Of a DNA stretch of 43,676 nucleotides, positions 13,226-27,340 are shown in pieces. Each line of letters starts with the position of its first letter. Positions within the stretch are counted from its first letter, which is position 1. The stretch lies in the NCBI GenBank assembly GCA_000165425.1, contig CT868085.1, positions 558,001-601,676 of the forward strand, written 5' to 3'. A program made the position numbers and the translations under genes. A model generated the notes under the pieces. The model was not told the origin of the DNA. It made no database searches and saw nothing but the letters and a program-made list of their open reading frames with translations. This stretch comes from Paramecium tetraurelia. Its lineage: Eukaryota.

Positions 13226-14260
13226 TAAGGCTAGTAAGAAATTATTTGTATATAGTGAATATATGTTTATTCATTTTAAATATAATAACATAATAAATAT
13301 TCTTAAATTCTAAAAATGAATAATATTATTCTAGAAGTATTGCATATCCTATTCTAGCCAAAAATACCTAAATAACTTCAGATAATACAAACCAATTTAT
13401 ACGTTATTTTACAATTATTTAAGAAGGAAATACAAAATATTTATATAAAGGACTTATATTTGTAAAAAATATTAAAAATTTTACAAAATAGGTTTCTAAT
13501 TCTAATTAACATAAATTCATGGGTTAAAAGTCAAAGAATAATAGTGTTATGAACAATCTAGCATATAAAATTGCTTTTTTATAAATATAAATCGAAAATC
13601 AATATATTTACGACGTCGAACGATAATAAAGTATACTCTGATTCGTTTAAGTTTATTAAAGTGTTAATTATTGTATTGAAAATTACTACAAATAGAGCAA
13701 ACTAACATTGAATAAGAACTTTCATATTATTAATTAATATTTTATTCATCTTAGGTTGAACCATCAAATTTTTGGTTTGTTTAAAAATAAATTTCTCACT
13801 TGTAATAAATAAAGGTTAACATTATGATTATTCTTTTAAATCAATAGAGAAAAAGGCATAATAATTAGATATTGGATATTTATTGCTGATTTATTTAACC
13901 AATCAAATTAATTATGAATGTAATAAAACTGATTAGAAACTCAAATAATAAATTATTAACAAAACAATCCCTATTATATTTTAAACATAAATTAGATTTT
14001 GTTTAACCTATGTATTTAGAATGATGTGTTGCTTATGCTATATCCTTTTTTATAATTGATTTTTTTAAAGTGAATAACCTAAGCCATTTTGGATTAATTT
14101 TATTGATTATAATTTTAGATGATTTCAACATCGCAAGAGGGGACATATTTTCCATTAAACTACTTAGTTTTGGAAAAACTTCAAGATGAATTTTTTTTAA
14201 ATTTTAATTTTTATTTTAAATAATACTATTTTACTAAAACAATTAAGCTTAATTATTATT

Positions 14261-14380
14261 CTTTATGAAAAATATGGTCAAATAGAATAAATTGCATAAA
14301 TGATTGAATATGGTAACTAGAAGGATGTAAGACATGCTTTGAAGTTTTGAGGAAGATTCTATGATAATAATTAAATTTTG
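14261..14380 (+). pseudogene. Possible decayed RRM/UHM-domain gene fragment
   Basis: Translates LYEKYGQIEQIAQMIEYGNQKDVRHALKF*GRFYDNNQIL, which is RRM/UHM-like (KYGxIxxI..IEY..A..GRFY) with an internal TGA, inside a 1.9-kb tract with no convincing gene. Confidence 0.3.
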
Positions 14381-15151
14381 CTTTCACTATAAATTTTTAG
14401 CTTAAAAGCTTAATTAATAATTAATTTAATATAAGGCATATTAATTATATTCAAATTTTCTATAATTAAACATCAAGAAGATGGTGGACTTAGAGTATTT
14501 TAATTTAAAATCCTTGGTCTCAATTTAGAAAAATTAATAATATGAGATGAAACCAAATTTGAGAGAAATTTCATAAATTAAAAAGAAATCAAACTAGTGA
14601 AAAGTGTATTATAGATTCTTTTTCAATCCTAGTGTTAACATATATTTTTTATAAAGGAAGAGTTTGATCAAGATTCTAGAAAGTTCTAATTGCGATTATA
14701 TTAATTGATAATTTGAAAAGTCTTTTATTTTGGACAATAAAATTAGGTGATAAAGAATGCAATTGTACTCTATCGGATAGAAAACTGATTGTATACTTAA
14801 TATAAATTCTTAAATATTACTACTTATGAATGCTATAATATTTTTTTATAAAAAAATTAATTATAAGGTAGATAATTGCTGTTTTTAAAGACTAAATTTA
14901 ACCACTAAAATAATAATTTCAGTGTTAAAGAGGATCTCTTATATATATAAATTATCTTCTTTAATCTTATAAAGATTTCAACAAATAATTTAAACAAAAT
15001 GCAGTGAAATTTATGGTGAAACATATTTATTGAATGGTAAAAATTAGAATTAAAAAAATTAAAGTCCCAAAGAATGATCAGAAATCGATTGGGCTGATCA
15101 ATGAAGGGCTTGAAATTTCCATGCTTTTTAATCAATATTTAATTTTAGTTT

Positions 15152-18100
15152 ATGTAATATTTAGTGCTAATCTTCTTAATAAGTAGTTTAATCAATGCAG
15201 TGGTAGGGGGTTGGATGATTTTTTACAATGGAATACATGAATTTAAAACATTTACATGCGCTTCAATTGGTTGTTTATATGGATTCAAGAATTAAACATA
15301 TACAGGACCAGCCTTATATTTAAATTGCTTAACAAATCCATTAACTGCCTTAAGACTGGATAGTCTTTAAATGAATTCGTTAGAAAATTATGTATCTTTA
15401 GCACCAACACTATCTAACGCATACAAATTGATAATGTTTGATGTATATTATACAAGTCAATGGGTAGATGATGTCATAGATTTTGAGTTTAATAATTAAA
15501 TTTTTTAAATTAGACATTCTACGTCAGATCCATTGCCTCAAACTGAAGGTTTTTGTGATTCAATTTAATATGAGCTTAGAACATATAACTTTACATTACC
15601 TTATAGTTCAAATGCTTATCAATTTCCTAAATTTACAATATACAATCCTTCGGTAAGTGCAATGATTAGAAATGTGCATTTATCATTTTAAAATTGCTAT
15701 CCTGGTTGCACCTAATGCACAGGGCCAGACAAAAACTAATGCACTGCATGTTCACCAAATTTGGCCGTTCTTAATGGAGTTTGCAGATGTCCCATAAGAT
15801 AAAGTGTTATGTAAGCATATGGATGCGTAAATAAATGTTATATAACAGGATCTAAAATAAAATCATAAAATAGAATTTGTTTAGATTTTGCACCAACAAC
15901 TTTAATCTACTCAGTATTAAGTGTAGTTAATTTAGAAACTTGGTATAATTGGAATATCATTTATGACCCTTAACATATAGATGTTGTTGATAAAAAATTA
16001 GCTCCTTATAATTTTGGACTCTTTAGATTTCGAGAGGGAGTCTATACATCTATTAGCACCGCATATGGGATATATCCTTTGGGTACAATAGTTTAAATTG
16101 TATTTTGTAATGCAACTCCAATAAACACAGGAGTTCAATTTTATGTCAATTAGACCTATGTTGGTTCTGTTTATTATGATGGAACCTAATATATTTTCGA
16201 TAAAGTAGAGTTGAGATCATAATCAGTATATCCAGTAACTGGAGAATGTACTAATAATTAGTTTATATCTGTTGAGATATTCACTACTTTCATTGAATAA
16301 AAGTTAACATATTCTATTTAAGGGAATTTTACGTAACTTTCCAGAATAAATTAGTTCACCAGGAGCAGCTTGGTTTTTAAGACTGGTGTAAATCACTACA
16401 GGCTATTGTCCATATGCGTGTTTCAAATGTGACATGTTTTATAGATGTATATAATGTCCTTCTGGATATGTAAAAATTTCTGATGGAACATGTTAATACT
16501 GGGGTTGTCCAATTGAAAGTACTTATAATGGTACTCATTGTGTCAAATACAATGAAGCAACAAAATGTAAATAATCATTTAACATAAGATTCATAATATT
16601 TTGTGAGAGAATTTTATGACTTTGCTGCCACAGATACTCTAAATACAACCTTCATTTTGGAATCATCTGTACCAACTGATTTGTAAAAAGGTCCTTTTGT
16701 ATTTTGGTCTTACACTGATACAAAAAGAGTATTTGGAGGTAAATTTGTTTGGGCGCAATCCAGGTTTTCCCAGATTTATACTTTAAGTCCGCATCATTCA
16801 TTAACAATATATTTTTAAGTTATTTTTGGTCCGAACTTTCCAACATCTCCTACTAATTACTTTTCATATGAAATTAACAATGGTACTCAAATAAAGTTAA
16901 CTAAAACTTCAACTTTAAGTGTTATTGAAAAAGTGCTAACATATAATCCTACTTTAACCGTTGCAATTTAATGCTATGGTGTTAATGTTATTGATTCATA
17001 TTGTGGAATATCAAATTATTACATTGTTGTTCATTACTGTAAGCCATATTGTAATAGGTGTACAAATGAACTCACTTGTGATGAGTGGATGACATTTGAT
17101 CCGAATATTGTAAAAGTTGAATAATCTTAATGTTTAGATAATTAATTTGTAGATGAAAGTACTTCAACTTGTGAAGATTGTCCCATTGAATGTCTTACTT
17201 GCTTTAATGAATATGAATGCTTCACATGTAAGCCTAACTATAAACTGATTCTTACAACATGTGTAATAGGTTGCTAACTTAACTAATTCCATGATGGCAC
17301 TAATTGCTTAGATTGTCATTATAGTTGTAAATAGTGCTAATCAACTACTTATTGTATTCATTGTGAATCTACATCTTTGAGATACTTAGAAAATGGGCAG
17401 TGTAAATGTTATGATGGTTATTATGACTAGAATACTATCTAAATGTGTTAACCATGTGATAAGTTATGTACAAAATGCTATGGACCTTCCAATTAGAATT
17501 GCTAGTCATGCATAGTTTTAGACTAATTAATCTTAAATGGAAGTTCTTGTGAATGCAATATTGGATATTACTTTGATGAATTTTAATTGAAATGCGAATT
17601 GTGTTCACATCGATGTGAAACATGTTTTGGCTAATCAGACTCCACTTGTTTATCTTGTCATTCAACTTAATTTAGAGTTTTGGATGGATTTTATTGCAAG
17701 TGCAATGATGGATATTTTGATAATATTTAAGATATTTGTGTTTAATGTCCAGTTGCGGAAGATGCCTTATTAGGATCTTGTTATAAGATTTGCGGAAACG
17801 GCTCTTCAATTTGGTTTAATTAGATATGTCCTACATTTGTTTGTCCCTTGGGATACAATACTGTAAATAATTAATGCAAACCTATATGTGGAGACTTAAT
17901 AATTGTAGCTGGAGAATAATGTGATGATGGAAATTTAATCTAATTTGATGGATGTCACAATTGTAGATACTAATGTCCTGCTTAATGTACTGTTTGTGAT
18001 AACACTACTGTATTCCCTTGTCTGGATATGTGTGGTGATGGTGTTGTGAGTGGATTAGAAGAATGTGATGATTCTAATAGCGTATAATTTGATGGTTGTT

Positions 18101-21100
18101 ATTAATGTAAAATTGAATGTTAACCTTAATGTACAAGATGTAACAAAGGTGCATGTTCTGAATGTCAAACTTTTGGTTGGATGTTTGACCCCGCTTCAAA
18201 TTTATGTATAGAAAAGTGTGGAGATCGATATGTAGTTGGAAATGAGCCTTGCGATGATGGATATAATTTTGATGGTAATGATAGTTGTCTTGCTTGTAAA
18301 AGAGTATGCAGGGATGATTGCAAGACTTGTAGTGATGATGGAACCACATGCCTAGAATGTAAAACAATTGGATTTAGACCATATACATACTATTGCGTAA
18401 ATATTTGTGGGGATGGATATCTAGCTGTAGATCCATACAACAGATATATAGAATAATGTGATGATTTTAATTTAGTAAATTATGATGGGTGCAATGCAGC
18501 TTGTTTATTTTAATGCTAGACGATAGATATTTGTACGAGTTGTGTAAGTAATAAATGTTAAAGTTGCATCAGTACCTACTATTTGGATGCATCAAAAAAT
18601 AAATGTATTGAATTATGTTATGATAATATTATTGTTGGAAATGAAAAATGTGAGGATATGAATAGTTTAATGTTGGATGGCTGTTATAATTGTTAATTAT
18701 CATGTTAATAATCATGTCAGACATGCACAATTAATGGATGTACTTAATGTAAAGCAGGCTATTTGCTAACCAATTATTAATGTGTTAATATTTGCGGAGA
18801 TGCCATTGTTGTGTTTGGAGAGGATTGTGATGATGGCAATTTAAATCCTTTTGATGCATGTCATCAATGTGTATATTAGTGTTCTCCTTATTGTTTGACC
18901 TGTCATAAAGGATAATGTTTATAATGTTAAAGGGATTATATCAAAATAAAAGGAGCCTGTTGGAAATATTAAGATTTATTGATGTAAAATGAGCAGAATT
19001 TATAAATTATTGAGGAAACCTAAATTATATTTTTTGAATTTTGTTCACATTATGACAAAATGAATTGCTAGAAATGCCAATACCCATATACCTATAATTA
19101 ATTTGCTTAATAATGTGAAATTTAGTTAGAATATTTAACTCATTATGATGGCCCAACAGGTTAAGATTATATTTAACCTTTATTGGAGTTTTGTCTCATC
19201 TAGTACCATGAAACTTGTTTGAAATGCTATAACAATTTTGAATTGGATGATTACAATAACTCATGTCAACCAATTTGTGGTGATAATTAATTGAATGGCT
19301 ATGAGTAATGTGAAGACAATAACTCTTTGCTTTTTGATGGTTGTTATGAATGTAAATATTCATGTGATTACTCTTGTGAATATTGCCAATTTGGAAAATG
19401 TTTCAGATGTTAATAAGATTAGATTTTAGTAGATGAAAAATATTGTCAACCAAAGGCAGTCTGCAATTAGATTCAAGGGTTTTATCTAGATGAAGAAACA
19501 AATACTTGTATTGAAAATTGTGGAGATGGTATAGTTTCAAAAAATGAGGAGTGTGATGATGGTAATGTAATTTAGTATGATGGTTGCTATTAGTGCAAAT
19601 ATTAATGTTAACCATACTGTTCTGAGTGTATAAAAGGAAAATGTATTATAAGACCTTCTCCTTGTAGTGTTGGTTTTTATTTTAGCTTTGAAACTCTATC
19701 ATGTGAATCTATGTGTGGAGATGGCATTCTGGTTGAATCATAAGAAGAATGTGATGATGGTAATCAAAGTGATGAAGATGAATGTACCAATAATTGTAAG
19801 TTACAATGTGATTCTAAATGTGCTCAATGCGAAAAACAAAATAAGTGTTTATCCTGCAAAGAGAATTATTTATTAATTAATAATAAATGTGAAGATATTG
19901 AGAATTTAGATAATTTTATTAAGAATTGTGAAATATCAATAGATAATGAGTGTTTGTAATGTGAACAAGGTTTCACCCTAAAAAATAATAATTGTATTAC
20001 TTATTGTGGTGATGGCATTTAAAATGGAAAAGAGTTATGTGATGATGGCAATAAAATCAATGGAGATGGATGTGATATAAATTGTACTCCATCTTAAGAT
20101 AGTTATTGCAGAGATTCTGAATGTACGATCTTAATTTCGCCAAGTGCTCAACTTGTTTTTTCAAATGAGTTTTTTGGTTTATAATATGCAGAATTAATTT
20201 ATGACTAAGATATGAGATTGGCAGAGGATTACACCAAACAAGATTATCTTGAGAACTTAGTATTTTTTATTGAGGGTAGAAATGAAAGTGCTAATATTTC
20301 TTATTAGACTAACTCTATCAACTAAGATTTAAATTATATTATTATTTCAATACAGATTGAGTTTTTGGAGTATATTCAAGATCCAGTCTTAAAGGTAAGG
20401 TTTAATAATAATTAAATATTGGAAAATGAGTATGGCTTATCCATAAAATAACAGATTCTATCAACAAAATTATTATCTCCAAATGTTCTTGATTAAAGTC
20501 AATAACAAAGTAGTTAATCATTAATTTCAATGAGTTCGTAATTATTGAAGATAATGGCTGTATTTATAGCATTATCCTCGATAACTGGATAACTACAAAT
20601 AATAACTAACTTAATTGATATTATTCAGTAACTGTATTACTTGAAATATCTAAACTCTAGGATTGGTATTAATCTTGCTCAATTTTACTAAACCTTCAAA
20701 ATAATATAGCTAAATAACATTTATGATTAATTGAACATGAATCCAGATTCTAATTTCAAAGGCGTATTGACATATTACCATTCTGAACCAATATTTGAAC
20801 TTGATGAGAGAAATGCAAATTTTCTAAATAACATTTCCCAATTAAGCTTGGTGTATATAATATTAACAGTAACACTGATGATATTGAAATTTGGTACTGT
20901 ATTAGTAATAAGAAAACTGTCATAATTAAATGCAATTCATTTAAAATAATCATAGCTTTACATTGTAAATTTCATATAAAAGAAATGTATAAAAATAAGA
21001 AAAATAAAGTATTGGCCTCAAATTCAAAGTTTATTTATTGCTATGATTTACGAATTTGGAATAAATATATTCCTTGCTATGAAGTATTCACAAAGTGACA

Positions 21101-21672
21101 GTGAGGGTTACTGTGGGGTTATGATAGCCATTTCAACTCTGCTGGTAAGTACGTTATTATTGCTATCAAAATTGAAATAGAGTAATGGCTTAATCAAAAG
21201 ATTGAAATTACTAAATAAAGAGGACAATGTATACATATACATGTGTGTTCAAAAGCTGTTGTTTGTGATGTTTTTGGTGTTCTTTTTTTAATCTGGGGCT
21301 ATTCAGATTTTGCTATGCATTTTAAACGAATTTTAATATTGTTACTTTTTGTATAGTTACAAAATAATTAAATAGCCATCGGAGAATTTGAAGCAACTGT
21401 CCTCTCACATTGTGTAATTCATAATTTGCAGTCTATATCTAATTAACAACTTTTACTAAAATGACCCTCAGGTTTTGATTATGATTGGGTGGAGCATCAT
21501 TAGTTTGATGAGTACGGTTTTGGTGATAACAGTAATCACAGATTTTTTTGATTTAATTTATCCTTTTTTCAAGAAGATCTTACAAAGACAGAGTGTTCAA
21601 AATAATGAGTTGAGTGAAATGTTTTGCGTAGTTGAAAATCAGGTAAATGTTCTCAATCGATAATAATTTTGA
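15152..21672 (+). CDS. Large Cys-rich surface/membrane protein (about 2158 aa): signal peptide, furin-like repeats, 10 CGDG..CDDGN..DGC (DUF4215/Myxococcus-type) repeats, C-terminal multi-pass TM domain
   Basis: Signal peptide MQYLVLIFLISSLINAVVG; two 22-nt introns (16333-16354, 16567-16588) give an in-frame 6477-nt CDS; CxxCxxxCxxC repeats; several hydrophobic helices after about 20520. Confidence 0.9.
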
Positions 21673-21752
21673 AGATTTGATTTAATTCATTAGTTGTTGT
21701 AATAAGTTTAAGTTATAAATATAATTTATAATTATTGTTTTGTATTAATTAT

Positions 21753-23075
21753 ATGATTAGCGAACATATTTAATCAATTACATCAATAGTGCACAATGGT
21801 ACATAATCGATATTATGAAGAGTTCTATATAAAAAGCGGGAATGGGCCTTGGATCCAGAGGAATATTTTTGAGAATGTAGAATACGATGAATATGAGAAT
21901 AAACAAATAGAGATTTTGAAGTAGAAGATAGAGGAGAAGGGCTTGAAGATCAATTTGAAGAGAAGCAGACTGTTGAAAATGCTGATGGCAGCTCAATACG
22001 ATGTGGAAAGAGCAATAATAGTATTGTAATAAAAATATTAGATAATTAGAATTGTTAATTGCACTTAAAGTATATGAAGGAGTACAAGAAGAGTGACTTT
22101 TAGAAGGACCTGGTGAAAGGCTACCTGTATGTAAGCGGATTCGATAACCAATACAGGCCAGTCATTATCTTTCGACAATATTGTGATATCAAAATAATTA
22201 CTTATTTTTTGGAAACAGTTAGGAGATTTCTTTTGATAGATTATTATGTTGAAAATTGGACCATAATAATAGACCTGGAATTGGATTTGCCAGTGTTGGA
22301 ATTGGAAGATCTCTTATATTTGCAGCTCCAATTTTATGGAAATCTCAATAAAATGCTAATAATAAATGGCCCAGACGACATTTAAGTAATCTTGAAATAA
22401 TTTACTGGTGATTATCTTAAATATATGATTAGATAAATTTCCCGACCTTAGTGTCAAATTGTAAGTGATAACCGAATATTCCTAATTACTGTAGTACATT
22501 CCCAAGGATCAATTGGAAATCAAGTATGGCGGAGACCAGCCTAACGTGATACAATTTTGGTATTCCCATGAAATTATCATAGGCCATTGTAAAAAAGAGA
22601 AGGCATTTCTGGATTAGTGAATGGGAATAATAATAAAACTTCACATCTTTCAATAGGCTCATTGAATAGTAGTTCTGTAAATAAGAAGTCTAGTTTCATG
22701 AAGATAACTGTTTTGGAGGAGAACGGAAACCCCCTTTTAAATTAGCAGATGGCTGTTTTCGAAGACAAAGTGTTGCAGTCATCTGAGTCCTCCATTTAGG
22801 ATTAGGCTCCCCTGTAGGATTATGAGGAGAAGTACAAATCTTACTTAAGTACGTCAACGAAAAAGAATTGCATGGATCAGGTGTAGTTTATGGATATGGA
22901 TGATTAAAGTGTTGAAGAGCAATAATTTAAGGAGGGCTAGAATGAAAAGAAAAAGAAAAGGAAACTGTAAATGGATGAGAAACAAGTGAAAAACTAAAGG
23001 ATAAAAATGGAGGGAGAAAAGGAATCAATAGTTGCCAGTCCATCTTGCTGTTCAAAGAATTGTTGCATTTTCTGA
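21753..23075 (+). CDS. CRAL-TRIO (Sec14-like) lipid-binding protein with C-terminal CaaX box
   Basis: LLKMLMAAQYDVERA, GYLYVSGFDNQYRPVII, VENWTIIIDL, IPKDQLEIKYGG; ends CCSKNCCIF*; short introns. Confidence 0.88.
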
Positions 23076-23128
23076 TTACTACATTTATATAATAATCCAT
23101 CTATTAATTAATAATAATAGTGTTAATC

Positions 23129-25130
23129 ATGAATTATATGAGAGATAATTATACGAGTGCCAAAAATGATGTGCCCATCCTGATCGATTACGGAGCCTCA
23201 ACAATCAAAGCAGTAACAGCATTCTTTTTCATCTTAGGGATATGCCACATCTCAAACTCCAGATGTAGTCATCAGAAGCTACATCAATAAATTCAAGGAC
23301 TCTAATACGCAATCCAATTAGATAGCTCAATGGGACACAGACGTATTTAAGAATTACAGATCACCTTTTGAGAAGAATCTCATCTAACATTCAGGTGCAT
23401 TAGAATAACTAAATGACTTCGTATTCGAAAGACTTTAAGCTGGAAAGCATGGCAGAGTCAATCATCCGATAATATTAACAGAATGTTTTGCCACCACTGA
23501 TCTAGCAAGAATGATAGTCCTGGAACAAATGTTTGAATGCTATCAAGTGCCAAATGTGATGTTGGGAGTGGATGCATTGTTCTCAGTATTTCAAGATGAC
23601 TTGGAAGCCTATCTCAAACAAACCTAATTAATTGTTCATCTGGGTGATCAAACTGTCCATGTAGTCCCAATAGTCAATGGCCAAGTGATATATTCCAACA
23701 TCAAACGATTGAACTTGGGTGGTCTCAACAGTTTAAAGTACTTTTATTAAACCATCCAATTGAGACACCCCCATCTGAAATTCACTTATCCTTAAATTGA
23801 TTATTGGCATAAATAGTACACCAGTGTTGCTATTGATTATCAACTCTAATTGCGATATTTCCAGGGCCCATAATAATACTACGGATACAGAGATTAAATA
23901 TCAGAATAAAATAGATTTCATGATGATTAACTACAATTCTTGGATCCCATATACATTGATATTCCCATTGTATAGAAAATTGTGAGTGCAGAAGACTTAA
24001 AGAGAAAAGATGAAAATAGATAAAGGATGAAAGTTAGATTGCAGGAATCCATCTAGCAAAGTAGAATTAACAAGAAGTCGCAATTGGAATAACAATTAGT
24101 GGCATTGCAATAGGAATTAGAAGCTGACCTAAATAACGAGGAACTCAAAAAGAAAATTACAACTCTGTAAGTTAAACTCGGTTTAGCACCCAAAGAAGCC
24201 TTAGATGAATTGAAGTATAATTTATTGAATGTCCCTGATGATAAACTTACACCTTCTTAATTGAATTAGAAAAGATATCAAAAAGTCATGTATGAATAAG
24301 CGTTGATGAAAAAATAAAAGAACTAGGAATTTAAGTAATTACAAAAAGATGCTAACAAATTCAAATTGGAAGAACCTGAGAAATATTTACAAATGCTATA
24401 CGAGAAGAGAGATCGTATAGTTTTACAAATACAAGAAAGGAAAAAACTACAATAAGAAATGAATAGTAGGAATTCAAGATTCAATTAGAAGAGGATCTAA
24501 ACTCTAGCCTACCTAGGTGCTGATGATAAGGCTGAGGATGATTTTGGAAAGGACGACAAGGATTGGGAAATCTATAGAAGTGTTACCAAAGAAATAGATT
24601 CTGCTGATGAAAAGTCTAAATACAAACTGTAAGAATTAGAACAAGAATTAAAAGACCTAGATCCTGATTTCGAGATTAAAATCCTTAAATCTATAGCTAA
24701 TATACATCAATTAGGTATGAATCTCAGTCAAGTCCCATTATCGGTTGATCGGGTAAGGTGTTAAGAAATTTATTTCTAACCTAGTCTGATTGGAGTTGAG
24801 CAATAAGGGTTAGTGGATATGATCAAATTATCATCTAAAGGTTTGGATAAACTCCTATTGTAAAACATCATCCTAACAGGAGGTGGAGCGAAAACACAAG
24901 GAATTATGTAAAGATTACAGAAAGACTTAATATCAGAATATGATTGTCCGATTGCTATTAAAATTGCCACAGATCCAGTCTTTGGAACATGGTTGGGAAT
25001 GAAGAACTTCGCCAATAAACATTCAAATATGCTTTCCTAATTTTCAATATCAATTGATGATTACAATGAAATTGGTACTTAAAAGTGGGAGATATTTAAA
25101 TAGCATCCATTTTCAAATATTGTAGATTGA
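23129..25130 (+). CDS. ARP5: Actin-related protein 5 (INO80 complex subunit)
   Basis: ILIDYGASTIKAGYA, YRSPFEKN, HPIILTE, MFECYQVPNVMLGVDALFS, a long charged insertion, EDDFGKDDKDWEIYR, EIYFQPSLIGVEQ, NIILTGGG, HPFSN; one intron near 23213. Confidence 0.92.
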
Positions 25131-25293
25131 TAAATTTATTATGTTTTATTTATATAAATGCAAGGTATGTATCTATTATTAATTCTGTTGATTAATTAAA
25201 TGTATATTGTAAGATTACTTAAATTTTGTTGATAATTAAAATGATAATTTGAACTAGTATTTGAGTAAAGGGTATTTAATTCAAATAATAAGT

Positions 25294-25683
25294 ATGAATA
25301 ATAATAAAAATATGTATTCACCAAAGTATCCAGTTGATTAAAGCATAGTTAATATTGGCAGCAATCCATTAAAAACAAGGAGAGCTTAATCTGAATTTTA
25401 GCCATCTAATTTTTAGAATTAAGGGAATAAATAAAGAACAAAAAACTTAGTAGAATTATTAAAAGATGATTTAAATATTTAATATGTCGATTATCCAGAA
25501 GAGTTATTTTAAGTGCCTGAAAATTGTGTAGCTTTAGTTCCTATATAAATAATGAGAGATATATTAAAGAGTTATCAATATAATAACGAAGAATTGTAAA
25601 GAATGGGGATCAAAGCGAAAGAATATGAGTAGAAAAGATTATTACTAAAATTCAAGTCTGGATTGAATTATATAAATTAATGA
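25294..25683 (+). CDS. Small hypothetical protein (about 115-129 aa)
   Basis: ORF ATG25294-TGA25683, whose stop overlaps the next ATG. An alternative 28-nt intron (25629-25656) would end it at 25666. Confidence 0.5.
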
Positions 25684-27266
25684 ATATATAGAATTAATAA
25701 CGTTAAAATAATAATGATGATTGTGATTGCTGTGATTTGAATGATTGCTGTAATGGATGTTGTTGTGAAGATTGTTGTAAGGATTGTGAATGTCAAGAAT
25801 GTGGATGTGATTGCATTAATACAATTCAAACTAATTGTTGTGATAATTGGCAATGTTGTTAGTGTATGCAATGTTGCACAGCAGGAGATATTCTTACAGA
25901 ATTAAATTTTAATCGTCATATTGAATTGGAAGATGAAAACGAAACCTTCTTAGCTTAGTTTAAGGAATTGATTGGCAATTATAGAATTTATAAAAGATAT
26001 CGACATGCATTATTAGAAGAATCCTTCATATTGAAGAAAAAGAAAACATCAACACTTCAGTTTTATGACAAGATAATTTTGAAGACTTATTGGTTCACAA
26101 ATCAAAATGAATATTCAAAATCTTTAAGTGTTTGGCATTAGAATATATTCAAATATACAGAGATGTAAATATATGGAGCTAGAATTCAGGATATTTGTAT
26201 AGACCGATGGAGAATAGCAGTATTATTACCTAAAATGCATCACATTCAAAAGAAACACAAGTTCCAGGTTTATACTTTTCTTTCTTAAATTTCATCTTAA
26301 ATCTTAAATTATTCAGAAGAGAAATCAATATTTAATGAGTTACTTGTTTATTATGATACTAATTATGTGTTGTTGCCATCAAATTTATTAAAATAATCAG
26401 TTTATGAACAATATAGAGCTAATCATAAATTGAGACATCCTCCTGAATGGGAAGATGAAAATGAGTAGATATTTGATTGGAACAAAAGCGATTGTTTTTT
26501 AGTTGGATTATTTGTATTAAGTTAATTAGTAAATTCATCATTAGATGATGTGTATGAAGAATCAAAATTTAATAAAAATAAACTCAACTTTTACTTATAA
26601 AAAATAAATAGTTAAGAATTCTATAATGTTTTGATCTATATGTTGCAGACAGAACCAGACGAAAGATACTCATTATAACAGATCCTATAGTTAATGAAGC
26701 ATAAGCCAATCACGCCAATTACATAAGATAATAATAAAAGCTAAGCCCCTTTGCAATCAGCTTAGAAATTATAGCCAATCAGTTTAGTTAGTAGAGTCTA
26801 AAACTAGAATTTAAATACTGGAGGTGTTTATACAGGGGATTAGATTGACAATAAAAGGCATGGCCATGGAAAATTGCTTAATCCTGATGGATCTGGATAT
26901 GAAGGAGAATGGTTCTAAGATTTAATGCATGGGAAAGGTGAATTGTTTTTACCAGATGGAAGAATACTATATAAAGGATAGTTTTAAAATGGGAAATATC
27001 ATAATTTTGGACATCTGGTCAATCCAAATCCTAATATCTCTTAAAATTATAATTTTAGAGATCTCAGAAATATCGGAAATTATTGGTCAAAATATGAAGG
27101 AGATTTTAAGTAAGATAAAAAACACGGCTATGGCATCTTGTACTTCTCAAGTGGAGAAAAGTGGGCAGGAGAGTTCATTGATGATATTCCGAGTGGATTT
27201 GGCACATTTTTTGGGTTATCTGGTGAAGTAACAGGAAAATGGGTTAAAGGCATTTTATTTGATTGA
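25680..27266 (+). CDS. Cys-rich N-terminus / degenerate pseudokinase / MORN-repeat protein (528 aa)
   Basis: 22 Cys in residues 15-66; kinase C-lobe remnants (HPPE, KSDCFLVG, MLQTEPDER) with no HRD or DFG; MORN repeats YTGDQIDNKRHGHG, YEGEWFQDLMHGKG; no intron needed. Confidence 0.85.
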
Positions 27267-27340
27267 GTTAGTGATGTTTATTTTTTTACAGGATTTTTAG
27301 ATCTTAAAGATCAATTAAATAATACATTATTTATTATATT

